This document shows positions 1 to 10,313 of a stretch of 64,000 bases of DNA, one piece after another (position 1 is the first letter of the stretch; the number at the start of each line of letters is the position of its first letter). Source of the DNA: Naegleria gruberi (taxonomy: Eukaryota). The stretch is from assembly GCA_000004985.1 (NCBI GenBank), contig GG738857.1; one strand, 5' to 3'. The position numbers were made by a program, and so were the translations under genes. The notes under the pieces were generated by a model. The model was given only the letters and a program-made list of their open reading frames with translations. It was not told where the DNA came from and ran no database searches.

Positions 1-310
1 TCAGCATATTGAAGTGCCCATCCATTTTGTTTAACAGCTTCCAATATAAATTCTCTATCTTTTTTAAATGATGAATCAGCATATTCAATTGCATATCCAC
101 GTCGTTTAACGGATTCCAATACAATTTCTCTATCTTTTTTAAATGATAAATCAGCATATTCAAGTGCCAATCCATGTTGTTTAACAGCTTCCAATACAAT
201 TTCTCTATCTTTTTTCAAAGATGAATCAGCATATTTAAGTGCATATCCATTTTGTTTAACATATTCCAATACATATTTCCTATCGGCCTATTGTTGTAAT
301 CATGAATCAT
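1..310 (-). CDS. 5' portion of a DUF4116-like repeat protein, paralogue of the repeat-kinase at 39566..41719; the gene continues beyond the window start
   Basis: The minus-strand frame encodes ~25-aa units of the form '..ALxYADSSLKKDREIVLEAVKQNG..', the same repeat as the N-terminus of ORF 39566..41719. Nt 1..330 are highly similar to 41400..41765. A conserved ATG (310..308, 'MIHDYNNRPIGN') and an upstream 'tatcggcctattgttgta' motif are shared by both copies. Confidence 0.5.
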
Positions 311-580
311 CACATCAATAAAAATAATTATTTCCACCACACAGCAACAAATACCAACCCACTCGTTTTTGTTCATTTTTTTAAAGCTATTCTCGCCCAT
401 CACATTCCGAATCAACCATCAAGATGATTTTTACCACCAAAAAAGAACAGTTTCAATTATTACAGATGGGTTTTTTTATTATTGGATAGATACGTTCTAT
501 TTACAAGTTGAAAAAAAAATTCTCAATTTCTCTCAGTTATATGGTAGTTATATGATTACATTTCATTTCACATTAGATTA

Positions 581-1036
581 CTAATAAGTATTCATGACTA
601 TGCGAGTAGCATCAGTACTCGATGGAATAACCATTTTTCGCTTCTGTCTCGTTTTTACAAGATATTGTTTTTTTGGGGGGAGAGTTAGATTGGTAGAATG
701 AGTTCGAAGACATGGTCTCAAAGCTTGATATTCGTCTTCCATGATATCTTCCAAATCGAGAAGTTGATTGCTGGCAGTTGAAAAGAATGTGTCGTGGTGT
801 GAGTTGTGGTGGTGGTGTGGATGGTGATGATTCATGGTTGGTAGTTTATTAGAGTTATTGAAGAGGAGGGAGCAGAGATTGTTTTCGAGATTAGAATTAC
901 TTTCAGCGAATAGGGAATGATTATTCGATTGATGATAGTGGTGATGATGTGCAAGGTGTTGTGTGTTTGAATTACTAGTAGTGTTAGTAGTAATTGAAGG
1001 TTTGAACATTTTATTTTCAAATTTCAAAGAAAACAA
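581..1036 (-). CDS. hypothetical His/Asn-rich low-complexity protein
   Basis: 151-aa ORF with poly-His and poly-Asn tracts and a basic 'TRQKRKM' patch. No recognisable domain. The listed start is not an obvious ATG. Confidence 0.3.
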   Translation of the reverse strand: MFSLKFENKMFKPSITTNTTSNSNTQHLAHHHHYHQSNNHSLFAESNSNLENNLCSLLFNNSNKLPTMNHHHPHHHHNSHHDTFFSTASNQLLDLEDIMEDEYQALRPCLRTHSTNLTLPPKKQYLVKTRQKRKMVIPSSTDATRIVMNTY

Positions 1037-1254
1037 GAGTCAATTCGAATAAGTAAGCATTAACGTGACCGTTATTTATGGTCAAGGAGATGGTTGAAGA
1101 AATCTCTATGATGTTTCTCCTCGTGTAAATGTATCTTCAATTTCGTTGGAACCCAAACGATTCTTTCTTCCACAACCTAAATTTCCACTTTCCAATCATT
1201 GGATCATATTGGCCTTTAAAACACTTGCGTAAATTATACAAATTTGTTAATTTT

Positions 1255-4200
1255 CTATTTACGTCTTAAAAATTGCTCAGTGTATCTATAAATCATAATG
1301 GATGCACTCACATGCACATTCAAACTTCTTAATACACCCAACTGTGGAATTTCTACACAGGTATCCATCAATGACAGTAATTCAGGTGGCATGCCTTCCT
1401 TTTCATTCCCCAAACATATACAGCATCTTTCTGGGAATTCGTAATCTGGTAACATAACAGATGTGCTGGTTTGTTCTAGGCCTACGATTGTGTATCCCTC
1501 TTGTCTCTTTTGGGAAAGATATTGAGCAAGTTCTGTTGGTGGACAAGCTTCCACTGGAATCCAATGCTCGGCGCTCACAGAGATGGATTTAAACTCTTCC
1601 ATTTCCACCACGTTCATATGAGGTAAAACTAGTTTTTCAGCACTGAAAATTTCACAAGTTCTTGCAAGACCAGCCAAGTTGGGAATCTTGTCAATGAGTG
1701 AGGCAATAACAATGATAGATTGTCTCTTTCCGTTCTTGTGTTGGAGGAGAGATCTTGGATTGAGTTCATTTTGAATTTCCATCTCTGACCAAGGAACGAA
1801 TTTGGTTTGGAAGTTGAGAGTGGTGTTATCATCATCTTCAGAATGATTGTTTTCCTCATCTTCATTGTTTGTTGGCTCTCCCATTTGAACAATTTCCATT
1901 TCCGAATTATCAGTCAAGCCAAACTTGACGCGAAACTTGTCGATAATAGATGAATCGAATACACTTGCAATTCCCTTGAAAAACATGGTACTTGGATTCT
2001 TTCGTTCCTCAGCAGATTTTGATGGAGCTAAAAAGTCACTTGCCCATTCCTTGACCATTTTATCAGCCACATGAGAAACCACAGCTGATGCGGTAAAATC
2101 ATCAATAGATCCCAATGTTGGAATAACTTGTTCACGTTTCAACAATGGTTCCATAATTGCTGTCATACTACTAACACCAAATTGAGGTGTAAATAATTTG
2201 TCAACCAAGAGTGATGTCTTTGTAATACCATGACCAGTCAAGTAGAAGAGTGAATAGATAATCAAATCAAAATTGTCCTTAATTCCTCTCATATGATCAA
2301 TATTAGGATTGTCATTGATAAGACTAGTTCCTTCATAATAATAACTGAGATATAATTGCTGGGTGCTTTTAACAGGATCTACAACAATCAAGCTCTCATA
2401 CTTGCTCAACCACTTTTGAATATTTTGAGCAGAGTGTAAGAATTGATAGACTTGTTTCAAGAGTTCATTATTCTTCAAGATTTCTTGGCCTCTCTTGTTG
2501 GACATTTCTTCCATTCTATAAAGGACATTTCTCAACATGATATGTGTAATAACTCTAACAGTGTGATGATTAGAAGTGGCGTAGACAAACAATCCATTCA
2601 ACAACAAGGTAAGCCAGGTTTCCTTTTCAATATTCGAATCACTCAACAATAAATCTTCTGATGCATAAATGAGTACATTACCAACCAGTGAGACAACGGA
2701 ACCAATGTATTGTTGTCTCTGGTTAATATCCTCCCTCAAGTGATGCAACAGAGATTTGATGCCCATAGCTGGGAATTTGAGCAAAAGAACAAGAGCAAAC
2801 AATTCTTGAATCTTTCTTACAGATGGTGGATTATCTGAAAAGACGCAAGTCCAAACTCTACCCGTTCCATCCTCATCTAAAAGCTTCAAATCTTGAAGCA
2901 TTTCAAAATCAATCTTTGGAGCAAGAATTCCAAGCAATTGCCAAATACGAAGCTTTTTGTAATGCTTTGGAGATCCAGGCATACATGATTGTTTCTTCAT
3001 GTAGAATGATGAAATGTTAATATCAATAAGACTATCTGTCAATGCATAAAGGAATGATCTATCGAGAGTGGCATCAATCGAGTCAGCCATATAAAACATG
3101 GCAACTCTCAAAATCTTGACTGCATGGAACATTGAAGTGTAGAGTAGATTTCTACTGTAATTTGGTTTCTCTTGACTGAGAGCAAGGAATGACTTGAAAC
3201 CCTTCTCAGTTTCCTCATACTCGTCATCTTCAGAAACTTCTGGACAATAAAAGATAAGAGTCATGAAATCGTTCAACAAGTGCTTTCTGGATTGATCCCC
3301 TTGATAGTCTCTCCATTGCTTGGAACCCAACAATTTGATGAATTGTAATCCTAGAATGGTTCCTACCTTTACAACAGTCTTGGAATATTCATTAATAATC
3401 TTTTCAAAGAGTTGGGAAATTCCCAATTCAGCATACAATGAAGCATCCTTACAAATTTCAAAATCTAACATTATTTCAAAGAAGGATGCAATATTAACAT
3501 GTTCATTGGTGTATCTGTGTCCGTGAGAACCTCCTTCTGATCCTGTTGAGCCTTTCAAAATTCCCCAAGTACTATTAATGATCTTCTTGAGTTGGCTAGA
3601 TGAAATAAAGTCCATTCCCAATCTGTTTTGTACTAACATGTGATGAACAACATATTTCAATGCATTAACAACAAGGATGGTTGATTCGTTGGACATTATA
3701 TCCAAACAATCAATGCAATGTTCCAAAAATTGTGTGCATTCCTCCTTGCTGGCAAGCAATTCGCTAATCTTGGCATTTTCAACCTTGAGTGGTTGATGGA
3801 AGATGAGTGCAGCTAACGACTCCAAGCTTCCCCACTTCATATCAGAAATGCAGGCAATTAAAAAGTTTGGCTTCATGAGTGTAGTATCCAATTCTTCGTT
3901 CAACAATTGTTTGTATCCATACGAGCTGGATTTGATGGCATAGTAAGAGATGGAAGGCAATACATTGAACAGTTGCATGATTTGTTCTCCACTCCTAGTA
4001 AATGTCACAGCGAGGGCCAAGAATTTACAAACACACAAAGCCCTCAAAGTAATATTATTCACAAAGAGTGTGGCAGCACCAAAGTGTTGATTTCTCAATT
4101 CTCCTTCCTCTGAATCTCTTACAACAGTGTTTACAATGCTCTCAATCAAATCTTGTGAATGTAAACTGAAATAATTCAAGACTGAATTGTGCAATAGATT

Positions 4201-6957
4201 AATAATTGGCAAAAGGGACTCTCTTTCAAAGTATGCAAAATTGTCCTTATTCTTGAAAGCCATTTGTGAAATGGAAAGAAGAGCATTGATAAGGTTTTTA
4301 AATCTCTCATAGGAAGAGTACATGAAAATGGAATTATTTCCCTCTCTGAGAATTTGATGATAGGTCGACGAAATATCGCCCAAGCTAGTGCAAACTACAG
4401 ACATAATTTCCGATTTGATGTACATGACAACTTCTTCGAGAATACTTCTAGTGCAAAGGAGATTCATCAAGTTTTCTCTGAATAGAGCCAAGAGAATATT
4501 TTCTTCCTTGCAAGGACTATCTGCAAAGAGATTTGAGTTCAACAAGGAAGAAAGCAAATTCAAAAGTCTAATCTTGATAACAGGAGACATTTGGGTATGG
4601 GTATAAAGACTACCAAGTGTTCCAGCAAACTCACAACAATCAAACTTTAACAAGTTGCCAAGTTGCTGAGACATTTGATCCTTCTTCCAATCTATAAAGT
4701 ATAAAAGTGTAGCAAATCTTTCAGTGAAGAGATGAGCTTGAGTGTCTGATGTTGATTCATCAATAATCTTTCTCAAGAGACCTTGCATAAAGGATGTGAC
4801 ATGCTCTTGACTCTTACCTAACCAAGTTCTGATTTTTCTGGTAGTATCTGGATCTGAAAGATAGGCCAATGGATCAACACATGCTGCACTGCAGAAGAAC
4901 CTTCCCAGAATTTCCATGGTTTGTTCCGAATCCTCCTTACACATCTTTTCAAAACTAAAGCAATTTAAAATGATTTCCAAAGAGGTACTGTACATTCTCA
5001 GTTTCAACCAAAGACTTTGCTCAGGCACTTGTTGTAAGATAATCTTGTCCACAAGAAGAGCCAATTCTTCAACGCTTAAAATTTCCTCCTCACTCAATTT
5101 GAGTCTCGCAAGAATGATCAAGAAGTAGGATGTTGCAATTCTGGACCATCTAGTGGAGCCAAAATTTGTCAGGAAGGTGCAAATGCTCGACTTGTATTCA
5201 TCTATGCCCAGAGATTTACAAGCATTGAAATATGCTTCAAAAAAGAGGAAAATCTTCTCTCCAATATTATCCTTCTTGGTGGTGTAGAGTTTGCAATTTG
5301 AAGCACACTCCATGAATGATCCACAAATGAATGTATTATCCAATAGTAAATTCTTTCTCAACAAGGTATTTTCAAATTGAACCATGACATAATCTTGGAT
5401 GGTCTTGTAGGCATCAAGCATTGAGTGAACAGCCAATTTTACAACACCAAGATTGGCGTGAGTCATTGCTCTAATCCACAAAATCTTGACAAATCTCTGA
5501 TCAATGAAATAATTGTAATTTCTATCAGTTCCTTGTTTTGGCATGAGGTCAAAAACTAATCCCCAAACTGGGGTAATCAAGTGAATGGAGTGATTTCCTA
5601 GTGTTTCATAAATCATGAAAAATGTTTTCCATTGGTGTTGAAGAGAATCGTGGAGCTTGATCTCTACAATTTCTTCCTTAGGTCCTTTCTTGGCTTTTTT
5701 CTTCTTGGATTCTGTTTCCTTTGTCTTTTCAATTACATCCTTCGACACGAAAGGAGAGGACAAGTAGGAGGATATTGGTTCGGAATGTGAAATGTATGGA
5801 TAATTATTGGTGGTATCGAGAATGATTCTCTTGAGCAAGAATAGAGCTCTCTTTCCTGTAAAGTTTTCAGCATGCCACACAAGACATTCAGCAATGCTTT
5901 CCCACAACCACTCACAGGTTCTCATATCGACAATGAAGGAGTTTCCTTCAATTCTGAAAAATTCATCATACCACTGGCACAATAACATGTAAGATTCTTG
6001 AAGTAATTGATCGAACAGGGATTTTCTACTGGCCTTATCAACGAGAAGTGGAATGGAATTGTCAAGCTTTCCAGATTGATTCATTATTTGAATGAGGTCC
6101 AATATTTGGGTTAAATGTTCTCGGCTAGCTGCAGTCACAAAGTGTGGCATTAAATTTAAAAAGCAACATTTTCTCAAATGTTCGGCAACCTTCAAATCAA
6201 TCCTCCACATGGAAAAGGAAGTCAATGTAATTCCAAATCTCAAAACTCCTCTCTTTTCAATCATAATGTCGAATAATTCATTTCCAAACTGTTTCACAAC
6301 CTCATTGGAAGATAATTTTTCCTCATCCAACAAGTACTTAGAAAAGAGCATGACATTTTCCAATGTCAACTCATCCACCAATGATGATGAAGATTCATCT
6401 TCCAACAAGATTCCTCTCTTTAGTGATGCCGTACAAAACTTGAGTAAATCAAAATTGCCACTTGAATGATCCCTCATGAAACGAATGATAATTTGAAGAG
6501 CAGTGGCTTGTATCTTCTTATTCAATCGAACGGCCAACATGGCAGAAGTCTTCTTTTCGTTATAAATTGTCAATTCCTCTTGTGATAAAGACAATTCTGT
6601 ATGATGATTAACTGGTGAAGATAAAGATGATGATGATGAATGATAGGAAGGGAACAAAATTGTACTGCAAACATGTTCAATAAAGAAGGCTTGATGCTTA
6701 GCAATACTTTCCTTCAATCGTTCCTCCTTCATATAACAACTAGTATCCAATTGTAATTGTTCAAAGAGAACATCCAAAGTTGCAAGGCTATAATAAATTA
6801 ATTCAATTGTTTTGTTTGATGAGGCCGAGGATGGAATTTGCCATGATAATGATGAAGAATTTGTATTGTTACTATTGTTCAATATTGTTGTTGTTATTGT
6901 TGGAGTTTCTACAGCAACAGCCAATGATACTAATTGTTCTAAAACTCCATCATATTC
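1255..6957 (-). CDS. TARBP1/Trm3-like tRNA 2'-O-ribose (Gm18-type) methyltransferase, main exon
   Basis: A continuous ORF of about 1.9 kaa. The C-terminal ~150 aa carry the three SpoU/TrmH motifs: 'NLAGLARTCEIFSA', 'CICLGNEKEGMP' and 'VEIPQLGVLRSLNVHVSASIMIYRY'. This follows a very long helical N-terminal region, as in yeast Trm3 and human TARBP1. The frame stays open upstream of the listed TTG start, back to an acceptor at ~6958. Confidence 0.85.
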   Translation of the reverse strand, partial: EYDGVLEQLVSLAVAVETPTITTTILNNSNNTNSSSLSWQIPSSASSNKTIELIYYSLATLDVLFEQLQLDTSCYMKEERLKESIAKHQAFFIEHVCSTILFPSYHSSSSSLSSPVNHHTELSLSQEELTIYNEKKTSAMLAVRLNKKIQATALQIIIRFMRDHSSGNFDLLKFCTASLKRGILLEDESSSSLVDELTLENVMLFSKYLLDEEKLSSNEVVKQFGNELFDIMIEKRGVLRFGITLTSFSMWRIDLKVAEHLRKCCFLNLMPHFVTAASREHLTQILDLIQIMNQSGKLDNSIPLLVDKASRKSLFDQLLQESYMLLCQWYDEFFRIEGNSFIVDMRTCEWLWESIAECLVWHAENFTGKRALFLLKRIILDTTNNYPYISHSEPISSYLSSPFVSKDVIEKTKETESKKKKAKKGPKEEIVEIKLHDSLQHQWKTFFMIYETLGNHSIHLITPVWGLVFDLMPKQGTDRNYNYFIDQRFVKILWIRAMTHANLGVVKLAVHSMLDAYKTIQDYVMVQFENTLLRKNLLLDNTFICGSFMECASNCKLYTTKKDNIGEKIFLFFEAYFNACKSLGIDEYKSSICTFLTNFGSTRWSRIATSYFLIILARLKLSEEEILSVEELALLVDKIILQQVPEQSLWLKLRMYSTSLEIILNCFSFEKMCKEDSEQTMEILGRFFCSAACVDPLAYLSDPDTTRKIRTWLGKSQEHVTSFMQGLLRKIIDESTSDTQAHLFTERFATLLYFIDWKKDQMSQQLGNLLKFDCCEFAGTLGSLYTHTQMSPVIKIRLLNLLSSLLNSNLFADSPCKEENILLALFRENLMNLLCTRSILEEVVMYIKSEIMSVVCTSLGDISSTYHQILREGNNSIFMYSSYERFKNLINALLSISQMAFKNKDNFAYFERESLLPIINLLHNSVLNYFSLHSQDLIESIVNTVVRDSEEGELRNQHFGAATLFVNNITLRALCVCKFLALAVTFTRSGEQIMQLFNVLPSISYYAIKSSSYGYKQLLNEELDTTLMKPNFLIACISDMKWGSLESLAALIFHQPLKVENAKISELLASKEECTQFLEHCIDCLDIMSNESTILVVNALKYVVHHMLVQNRLGMDFISSSQLKKIINSTWGILKGSTGSEGGSHGHRYTNEHVNIASFFEIMLDFEICKDASLYAELGISQLFEKIINEYSKTVVKVGTILGLQFIKLLGSKQWRDYQGDQSRKHLLNDFMTLIFYCPEVSEDDEYEETEKGFKSFLALSQEKPNYSRNLLYTSMFHAVKILRVAMFYMADSIDATLDRSFLYALTDSLIDINISSFYMKKQSCMPGSPKHYKKLRIWQLLGILAPKIDFEMLQDLKLLDEDGTGRVWTCVFSDNPPSVRKIQELFALVLLLKFPAMGIKSLLHHLREDINQRQQYIGSVVSLVGNVLIYASEDLLLSDSNIEKETWLTLLLNGLFVYATSNHHTVRVITHIMLRNVLYRMEEMSNKRGQEILKNNELLKQVYQFLHSAQNIQKWLSKYESLIVVDPVKSTQQLYLSYYYEGTSLINDNPNIDHMRGIKDNFDLIIYSLFYLTGHGITKTSLLVDKLFTPQFGVSSMTAIMEPLLKREQVIPTLGSIDDFTASAVVSHVADKMVKEWASDFLAPSKSAEERKNPSTMFFKGIASVFDSSIIDKFRVKFGLTDNSEMEIVQMGEPTNNEDEENNHSEDDDNTTLNFQTKFVPWSEMEIQNELNPRSLLQHKNGKRQSIIVIASLIDKIPNLAGLARTCEIFSAEKLVLPHMNVVEMEEFKSISVSAEHWIPVEACPPTELAQYLSQKRQEGYTIVGLEQTSTSVMLPDYEFPERCCICLGNEKEGMPPELLSLMDTCVEIPQLGVLRSLNVHVSASIMIYRYTEQFLRRK

Positions 6958-7177
6958 CTTCAGCAGTATTTGTTCTAATAATTTGTAAAGGTCTTGTCCC
7001 GAAAACTATCCACACATGTGAGAATTAATAATAAATAACAATGATGATAATGAAGATAATAATTGTTTGATAACACCAAATTAAATAATATAATATGATG
7101 ATGATGATGATGATGAAGATAATGGAAAGATAATAATTTGTTGTTGGAAAAAAGTGCTCGTGATGAATAAAACCTAC

Positions 7178-7306
7178 CATCAACAAGTTGAGAATAAAAT
7201 CCTTTCGGATGGTCTTTCCTTGATAAATACCATCTTGAAGTTCATTGTTTTGTTTATCTTCTTCTTGTTGGGAACAGAGTTGAAACAAACGTTCAACAAA
7301 AAACAT
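7178..7306 (-). CDS. putative first coding exon of the Trm3/TARBP1-like gene
   Basis: A true ATG at 7306..7304 opens 'MFFVERLFQ...ILNLLM' and ends at a GTAGGT donor. An AG acceptor at ~6959/6958 joins it in phase 0 to '...EYDGVLEQLVSLAVAVETPT', the open frame of the large exon. The 220-nt intron contains a (CAT)n microsatellite. Confidence 0.5.
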
Positions 7307-7739
7307 TTTTTTTCAAAATTCTGTTTGAATTTATTATTAAAAATTATTAAAAGTAATCCAGCAAAATTTTGCCAATAGTTAACACTTAGTTGGTTTCCTT
7401 AACCCTAACATAATAATATCTGTTCATGATTTCATCACTTGATGCGAAGGTTTGTTTTTTTTTTATTAAAAAATAAAAAATTAAATTACAAATTTTAACG
7501 GTAACTTTAAGCACACATTCTATTACAAGCAACAATAAAAGATTTTCTTTTCCAAATGAGACGTCAGAGCATGATGACACATTCATAAAAGTGATGATTC
7601 ATTATAATGTGTGAAAATCGAAACACAAGGACTTTACTTTTATAATCGATAATTAGTAATGATGGCATGATTTTAATGCCCAGTTGACCAATAAATTTCA
7701 CAATTCGGATAAAGTTTCTTCCTCAAGAATCTTAAAAAA

Positions 7740-10260
7740 ATGGATCATCGTCTTATCATGTGGATATGCTCACTAGGTTTCGTCTTACTTCTTCTGACAC
7801 AAACAGTTGCTGCAGTTGAAGTTTCGTATAACATTTCATTACTAGTAGGTGGTGGTAATCAATATGGAGATGGTTTGCCAGCTGATAAAATCAATCTCTA
7901 CAACCCAACAGCAATAGCTTTCAACTCCAGAGGAGACATGTATGTGGTCGATGCACAACTCCAAGTTATTCGAAAGATAGCAAAAGATGGAATCACCACA
8001 ACCATTGCAGGATTTCCACAAGATGCTGGTTACAATGGGGATAACATTCTAGCAAACAAAGCCAAGTTAAATTATCCTCGAGGTGTTGCGGTGAATGAAA
8101 ATGATGAGATTTTCATTTCTGATAGTGGCAATTACAGAATACGAAAGATTTCAAATAGTGGTATTATATCAACTGTGGCAGGAACTGGGGAGAATGGTTT
8201 TATGGATCATGTACTGGCTATTAACGGCAAGTTTGGAAATCCATCACATTTGCTTTATACGAATAGTACTCTCTATATCAATGACCAATCGAATAACAAG
8301 ATTAGAAAGTTGGATTTCACAACAGGCTCACTCTCAACAGTCGAAACCTATCCATTAGGAAAGAGTTCAAATGGCAAGGATTACTACTTTGCCAACTTTG
8401 CAGGTGTCATTACCAAGTTAGATTCGAATAGTGGAAATAGCACAAAAATTGGCTCAGAACTCTCACCAAATCTCTCCAGCTTTATTCAATACAGTTCTCA
8501 ATTGGACTGCTTCTTCTATTCCATCTATTCCGATTATAAGGTCTATAGACAATCTTTGACAGGAGTTGTCTCAACATTTGCTGGTTCCAATGAAAATTCT
8601 GGAAATATTGCAAATTTCAGTGGAGAGGGAAATCTTGCAGTGAATGCAACAATTGGTTCTCCAGCTGGTCTTTTGATTCGTGATGGATATTTGTATGTTG
8701 CCATGCAGACGAATAGTAGAATTGGGAGAGTGGAGCTCAGTAGTGGGATAATTACGACATTTGCAGGAGTGGATGCTAATAGTATGTTTGAAGGGGTGTT
8801 TGGAAATGCTACCTATTTATCAGATTCATCAGTTAGAAATATGGTATTCGAAACTGAAAGTTCCGTTTATTTTAGTGAATCAAACAAAATTCGAATGATT
8901 GATAAGAGAACGAGCTTGATCCGAACAATAGTCAAAACTTCTTCAGCTATCGAGTGTTTTACCTATTTCAATAATACTCTCTACTTGGTAATCAATTATG
9001 CAACCATATATAGAGTGGATTCGAATAATTCTTCTTTGCATCACTTTGCTGGTTCATTAGGAACTATTGTACAGAATCGACCTGCACTTGGAGTACAATT
9101 CATGCCAAAGGGCATATCATTCAATCAGAAAACCGGTGATTTATATGTGTCAGATTCTTTACAACATATCATTTCCAAAATTACTAAAAATGGTCAACTT
9201 TCAGTTATTGCAGGTAGTGTCAGTAATCCAGGATTTAGTGGAGATAATCAATTGGCAATTAATAGTCTACTCTATAGTCCACAAGACATTGTCGTCAATT
9301 CACAAAGCGGTGAAATCTTCTTTGTGGATGCATCGAATCAGAAGATTCGTAAAATAGATTCGAATGGAATTATTTCTACTCTAATAAGTGTTTCTTATCC
9401 TGAACATATGGAAATTAATCCATCAACAAACGAACTCTACATTGCATATGGTTGCAGAATTGTCAAATTTTCTGCTGTTAATGGAACCATGACAGGAATT
9501 CTTGCTGGAACTGGAGCAGCTTGTGCATATAATGGAGATAACATTCCAGCAATTAATGCACAGATAAAAGTTGACGGGATGACCATTAATTCCAATGGAG
9601 AAGTTTTCTTCATTTCAGAGGGTTCAAGGATTCGTAAAATTGATTCGAATGGAATTATTTCGACCATTGCAGGAACTGGAACTCTTGGTTACAATGGCGA
9701 TAATATTCCAGCAGTTACAAGTCAATTAAATAATCCTACTGGTATAGCAATTAGTCCAACAACTGGTGAAGTATTCATTTCGGATACAACTAATCTTAGA
9801 ATTAGAAAAATAGATTCGAAAGGCATAATTTCAACCATTGCTGGTACAGGAACTCTTGGTTACAATGGAGAAAATGTAGTTGCCACCAATGCTGACCTCT
9901 ATCATCCATCTGGTCTTTCATTCTTCAATGGAGAGCTCTATTTTGTTGCATATGATAGAATTCGAAAGGTTTCGACTGAGAATCTAGTTTCTACAATTGC
10001 AGGTGGAGACGGAGATGGAGGACCAGCACAATACTCAAATCTAGAACAGGTGAGATTCATGACCATGTCCAACTTGGGAGAAATGTTCATGGCTACTGGA
10101 AACAGAATACGAAAGATATCCACAACAGGTATCATTTCAACTGTGGCAGGAATGATTTATAATTTCGGATATAATGGAGATAGAAAGATTGCTACCACTG
10201 CCCACTTGTGGAATCCGATTGGAATTTCCCTTAATAGTGAAGGAGAAGTTTATATTGCAG
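7740..10260 (+). CDS. receptor-like kinase, exon 1: signal peptide plus NHL-repeat beta-propeller ectodomain
   Basis: N-terminal signal peptide 'MDHRLIMWICSLGFVLLLLTQTVAA'. More than ten NHL-type repeats with the recurring 'hhhI(A/S)DxxNxRIRKI(D/S)xxGIISTIAG' signature. The exon ends at a GTATGT donor at 10261, in phase 1. Confidence 0.85.
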
Positions 10261-10313
10261 GTATGTGATATTCGAAAGTCAAGTTTAATTTATTTTTATA
10301 ATAATTTGATTAG

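Noticed and set aside
832-1020. 62-aa ORF nested in a second frame inside 581..1036
   Set aside because: It is an alternative-frame overlap of a low-complexity region with no independent support.
1629-6469. Several 60–125-aa ORFs antisense to or frame-shifted within the Trm3-like gene (e.g. 1629..1892, 6092..6469)
   Set aside because: They are embedded in a strongly supported long CDS on the other strand or frame, as is typical of AT-rich sequence.
7025-7306. 93-aa ORF as an independent small gene
   Set aside because: It is reinterpreted as exon 1 (7306..7178) of the Trm3-like gene plus read-through into its intron, which contains the poly-Ile/(CAT)n translation.
7395-7415. Telomere-like 'ccttaaccctaac'
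   Set aside because: Only about 1.5 units of CCCTAA, which is within chance expectation.
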